64,000 bases of DNA from Candidatus Sumerlaeaceae bacterium (GTDB taxonomy: Bacteria; Sumerlaeota; Sumerlaeia; Sumerlaeales; Sumerlaeaceae). The stretch's first letter is position 1; every line of letters starts with the position of its first letter. The stretch is from assembly GCA_049968255.1 (NCBI GenBank), contig JBMFRB010000003.1, positions 32,001-96,000 of the forward strand, read 5' to 3'. Of the stretch, positions 61,104 to 64,000 are shown in pieces. The notes under the pieces were generated by a model, which searched no databases, had not been told where the DNA came from, and saw only the letters and a program-made list of their open reading frames with translations. Position numbers and translations under genes: made by a program.

Positions 61104-63206
61104 GTGGAGAAGCAAGGGATTCGTAATATGTTGACCAATTGGGCGAGCCGTTTGCGGACTGAAACGGCGGCCATAGCGCTAGTGGGGATTCTTATCATAG
61201 GTCTGGGCGGGTACTGGCGTTATGTGGCAACAGCGTGGGGCCTCCCTTACGCTTACTCGTGGGACGAACCTGAAATTGTCAATCCTGCCATACGCATTTT
61301 GCGCGAGGGCGTGTATCGCCCCACCCGTTTTGCGTACGGGCCGCTGAATAGCTACCTGCATGCCGGCTGGGGAGTGCTCTCGGTGCTTAAGGCCGTTGAG
61401 ACCGGCGACATTAAAACAGTGTGGGACCTGAAAACAGACTGGGATACAGGTTGGTATTGGACAATCTCTTCCCCTGTGTTCCACCGGCGTGCGCGCCTTT
61501 TCTGTTTGCTCATGTGGGGAATGACGGCGTTCGCCGTGTGGGGGGCGTGTCGCGAGCTCGGGGTGCGCTGGGGACTGCTCGCCGCCCTTGGACTCGTGGC
61601 CTTTTCGCGAATGAATTTTGAACAAACCAGCATCGTCAGCGTCGGTGCCACCGCCGCGATGTTTGCTGCGTTGGCATTTTGGGGTGGTCTGCGGGCTCTC
61701 AACGACGGTACGCACGTAAGGAAGGCTCTCTGGTGGACCTCTTTTGCGGCTGGTGCTGCCACCGCGTCAAAAATTATTTTTTTTCCGCTCTTGGTGATAC
61801 CGGTTCTAGCATATTTCGATGCGGTGAGACGGAAAGTAATGATGTTTTCCTATGAGCGACTGGCTCTGTGGTGCTTGGCTCCCGTTGCAATTTTTGCCGT
61901 GCTTATGGCACCGATGTTCTACGATCCGCCGCGTTTTATCCATTCGCTGACCACAGAACTCAAATTCTATGGAGACCAGACCCTGCAGCTGACGCTAACC
62001 CAACACCTACGTAGCGCCGTATTGTCGGCGCTGGCATCTGTGGATTCTGCTGTCTTGGCCGCCCGCGATGGCCAGCTCTTTGTGAAGCGCTATTCTCTGC
62101 CCTATTCGATCTACGTTGTGTTGGCTGCCTTTGGACTGGCGGTTCTATGGAGAAGCAAGTGGACAGCGGCGGCTCTCGTCACAATTCCCGCCTTAATCAA
62201 TCTGTGGCAGGTGTCAAGCTATTCACGCGAATTCTACGCGAGAAACTTACTTATAGCACAGCTCGCATCCGCCGTGCTTGCTGCTTTTGGTTTGAATGCG
62301 CTTGTCAAATCGCTAGGTCGCTGGAATCGCATCGCGCTATGGTTTGTTTTTGCGGCGCTCGCTATATTTCAAGGAGGTCAAGCGTTTGTTGTCGGGGCGA
62401 TGGCCAGTGAACGTACTTCGATTACGGATTCGAGAGTCCTGGCTGATGAAAAGATTGAAGACCTGACAAAAAAGGGGGCAAAAGTGGCGATCGCGTCCGA
62501 GCTTCACTGGTTCTTTTCCAGAGGGGACACCTCGCTGAAATCCAAAGTACATCAAGTGAGTGTGACGCGTTTGCTACGATATCCGGAAGAGGCTCAGGAT
62601 CTTGATTTCGCAGTAGTTCCGCTAGCTCTCACCTATGGTGACAAACTCCGCGCCTCAGACGAGGCGCTGTCCGCGTGGGCTAAGGGTCTCGCAACTCTTA
62701 CCCCACAACTAGTTCTCGGTCATAATGTGACTTATTTTGACTGTCTGACCACAGATCCCAAAGTTGGATTCATTCCTGGACGGGCGTTCAAGGCTTCGTT
62801 CCGGCGTGATTCGCGCCGGATTTACGGGTTTGAACTACTATCCACGACGGCGGGGCAATTTGCCTGGCCCACCCAATATGGGATTGCTGTTCCAAACTAT
62901 TTTCTTGGTTCCGCACGGCTAGGTCTTCGAGAATCAGCCAAGACGCTTGTGGTGAAGGCGCGCGGCTTGAATCCTTTTGAGCAGGAGGAGGCGCCCACAG
63001 TGTGGGTGCGGGTTGCAGCGACTACGGATACAGCTGCAAAATCACCCGTGGCCGACGTCCGTTTTGAACTTAAACGCAGCGGATCTGGCTTGGTCGAATA
63101 CACACGCCCCGTTGACGTGCCAGCGGGCGAGCATCTTGTTCTCGTCCGGGCCAACAATCCGAACAGCCGGTTTATGACAGAAATTGAATATGTCGAATTC
63201 CGATAA
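61104..63206 (+). CDS. GT-C (PMT/ArnT-like) membrane glycosyltransferase with soluble C-terminal domain
   Basis: WGLP...WDEP after first TM, ATASK, ARN, multiple TMs. Confidence 0.75.
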   Translation: MEKQGIRNMLTNWASRLRTETAAIALVGILIIGLGGYWRYVATAWGLPYAYSWDEPEIVNPAIRILREGVYRPTRFAYGPLNSYLHAGWGVLSVLKAVETGDIKTVWDLKTDWDTGWYWTISSPVFHRRARLFCLLMWGMTAFAVWGACRELGVRWGLLAALGLVAFSRMNFEQTSIVSVGATAAMFAALAFWGGLRALNDGTHVRKALWWTSFAAGAATASKIIFFPLLVIPVLAYFDAVRRKVMMFSYERLALWCLAPVAIFAVLMAPMFYDPPRFIHSLTTELKFYGDQTLQLTLTQHLRSAVLSALASVDSAVLAARDGQLFVKRYSLPYSIYVVLAAFGLAVLWRSKWTAAALVTIPALINLWQVSSYSREFYARNLLIAQLASAVLAAFGLNALVKSLGRWNRIALWFVFAALAIFQGGQAFVVGAMASERTSITDSRVLADEKIEDLTKKGAKVAIASELHWFFSRGDTSLKSKVHQVSVTRLLRYPEEAQDLDFAVVPLALTYGDKLRASDEALSAWAKGLATLTPQLVLGHNVTYFDCLTTDPKVGFIPGRAFKASFRRDSRRIYGFELLSTTAGQFAWPTQYGIAVPNYFLGSARLGLRESAKTLVVKARGLNPFEQEEAPTVWVRVAATTDTAAKSPVADVRFELKRSGSGLVEYTRPVDVPAGEHLVLVRANNPNSRFMTEIEYVEFR

Positions 63207-63313
63207 GACACGACGATCGTCCGGAAATTTCCCCGGTCCAACAGGACGGACTTCCGTTTAGTGCTCGCGATGGGAATGCTTTACGTAAACAGATCGCTCA
63301 GAAAGGGATCCCA

Positions 63314-64000
63314 ATGATGCCAATACTAAAGCTCCGTTCAACCACAGCAACCATGCAGAGCCTTTCCCTGATGAGCAGGTTGGAGCGACTCTACTCGAAC
63401 ATTGTTGAGAAACTCTTGCCAACCGTATTATTTTATTTTGCCTTTTATCTCCCATTCTTGTCGCCAACTCGTCCGTCAGCCGATGCTTTCAAGCATGCCG
63501 TTCACGTATTCGACGTATCGGGCGACTTTTGGTTTCCACATCACGTGTTGTATGCAGCCACTCTGTTACCTTTCGCTCGTCTTGCCGAGCAATTAGGCGT
63601 ATATCCATTCATTGGTTTTCGTTTCAATGTCTTGCTTTGGGCGGAGTTGTTTTTACTTGTCATGTATTGGTTTCTGAAACAACTTACGAGTTCCGTTTGT
63701 ATATCGCGTATTAGTGTTTTCTTTATAGCCTCCACTTATGTGTTTATATCTTATGCAGGCTTGACTGAAGCTTACGTTCCCTCTGCGACAGTGCTTGTTG
63801 CTTCGCTTCTCTTCCTTGTGATGGCTTTGCAACATAATGATAACGTTAATTACTTTTTCTATGGCGCAGCAATACTGGCACTGAGCTTCGCGACAACTCT
63901 GCATCAAATTGTTGCTGTCTCTGCATTTCCGTTGGCTGTCGTTTTCGTTGCGATGTCGCGCTTGTGTGGGGCAGATAAAGCGCGATCGTGTCGAATAAGC
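63314..64000 (+). CDS. Polytopic membrane protein, GT-C/DUF2723-like, runs off window; absent from ORF track
   Basis: Manual translation open to the window end: SADAF, FPHHVLY, TEAYV, LHQI among hydrophobic helices; T-rich, lower GC. Confidence 0.7.
   Translation, partial: MMPILKLRSTTATMQSLSLMSRLERLYSNIVEKLLPTVLFYFAFYLPFLSPTRPSADAFKHAVHVFDVSGDFWFPHHVLYAATLLPFARLAEQLGVYPFIGFRFNVLLWAELFLLVMYWFLKQLTSSVCISRISVFFIASTYVFISYAGLTEAYVPSATVLVASLLFLVMALQHNDNVNYFFYGAAILALSFATTLHQIVAVSAFPLAVVFVAMSRLCGADKARSCRIS

Overview
GC-rich bacterial chromosomal backbone with mostly housekeeping and cell-envelope genes. I found no rRNA, tRNA, CRISPR array, integrase or transposase. Gene style (an FTLIELLI prepilin remnant, an exported protein ending VEEWSLY) suggests Sumerlaeota/BRC1; this is an inference. 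Contents: pth, an orphan peptide-binding lipoprotein, lexA-engB, trxB, a partial ATP synthase operon (atpZ, fused atpI-atpB, E, F, H, an inserted DinB gene, A; no G/D/C), dacB, gmhA, dat, fabD, a Tat-exported PHP hydrolase, a sensor kinase, hpf, a phosphohexomutase, a VanY-type peptidase, FKBP, ruvB, tsaB, fabG, an ABC exporter, moeB, prmC, NlpC/P60, GH57, an HxlR/thioredoxin pair and three GT-C-like membrane proteins. Most notable: (1) a Ser/Thr kinase whose extracytoplasmic domain resembles a GspG pseudopilin head; (2) an AtpI-AtpB fusion and a DinB gene inside the atp operon; (3) a perfect GAAC-N4-GTTC SOS box before lexA; (4) a structured non-coding region with a broken prepilin motif next to a minus-strand terminator (possible anti-pilin sRNA); (5) a T-[TS]-x-T motif enriched in exported proteins (possible O-glycosylation sequon); (6) a small partner gene plus metallopeptidase with a candidate C-terminal sorting tail. 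All family calls come from reading motifs by eye; no searches were run.
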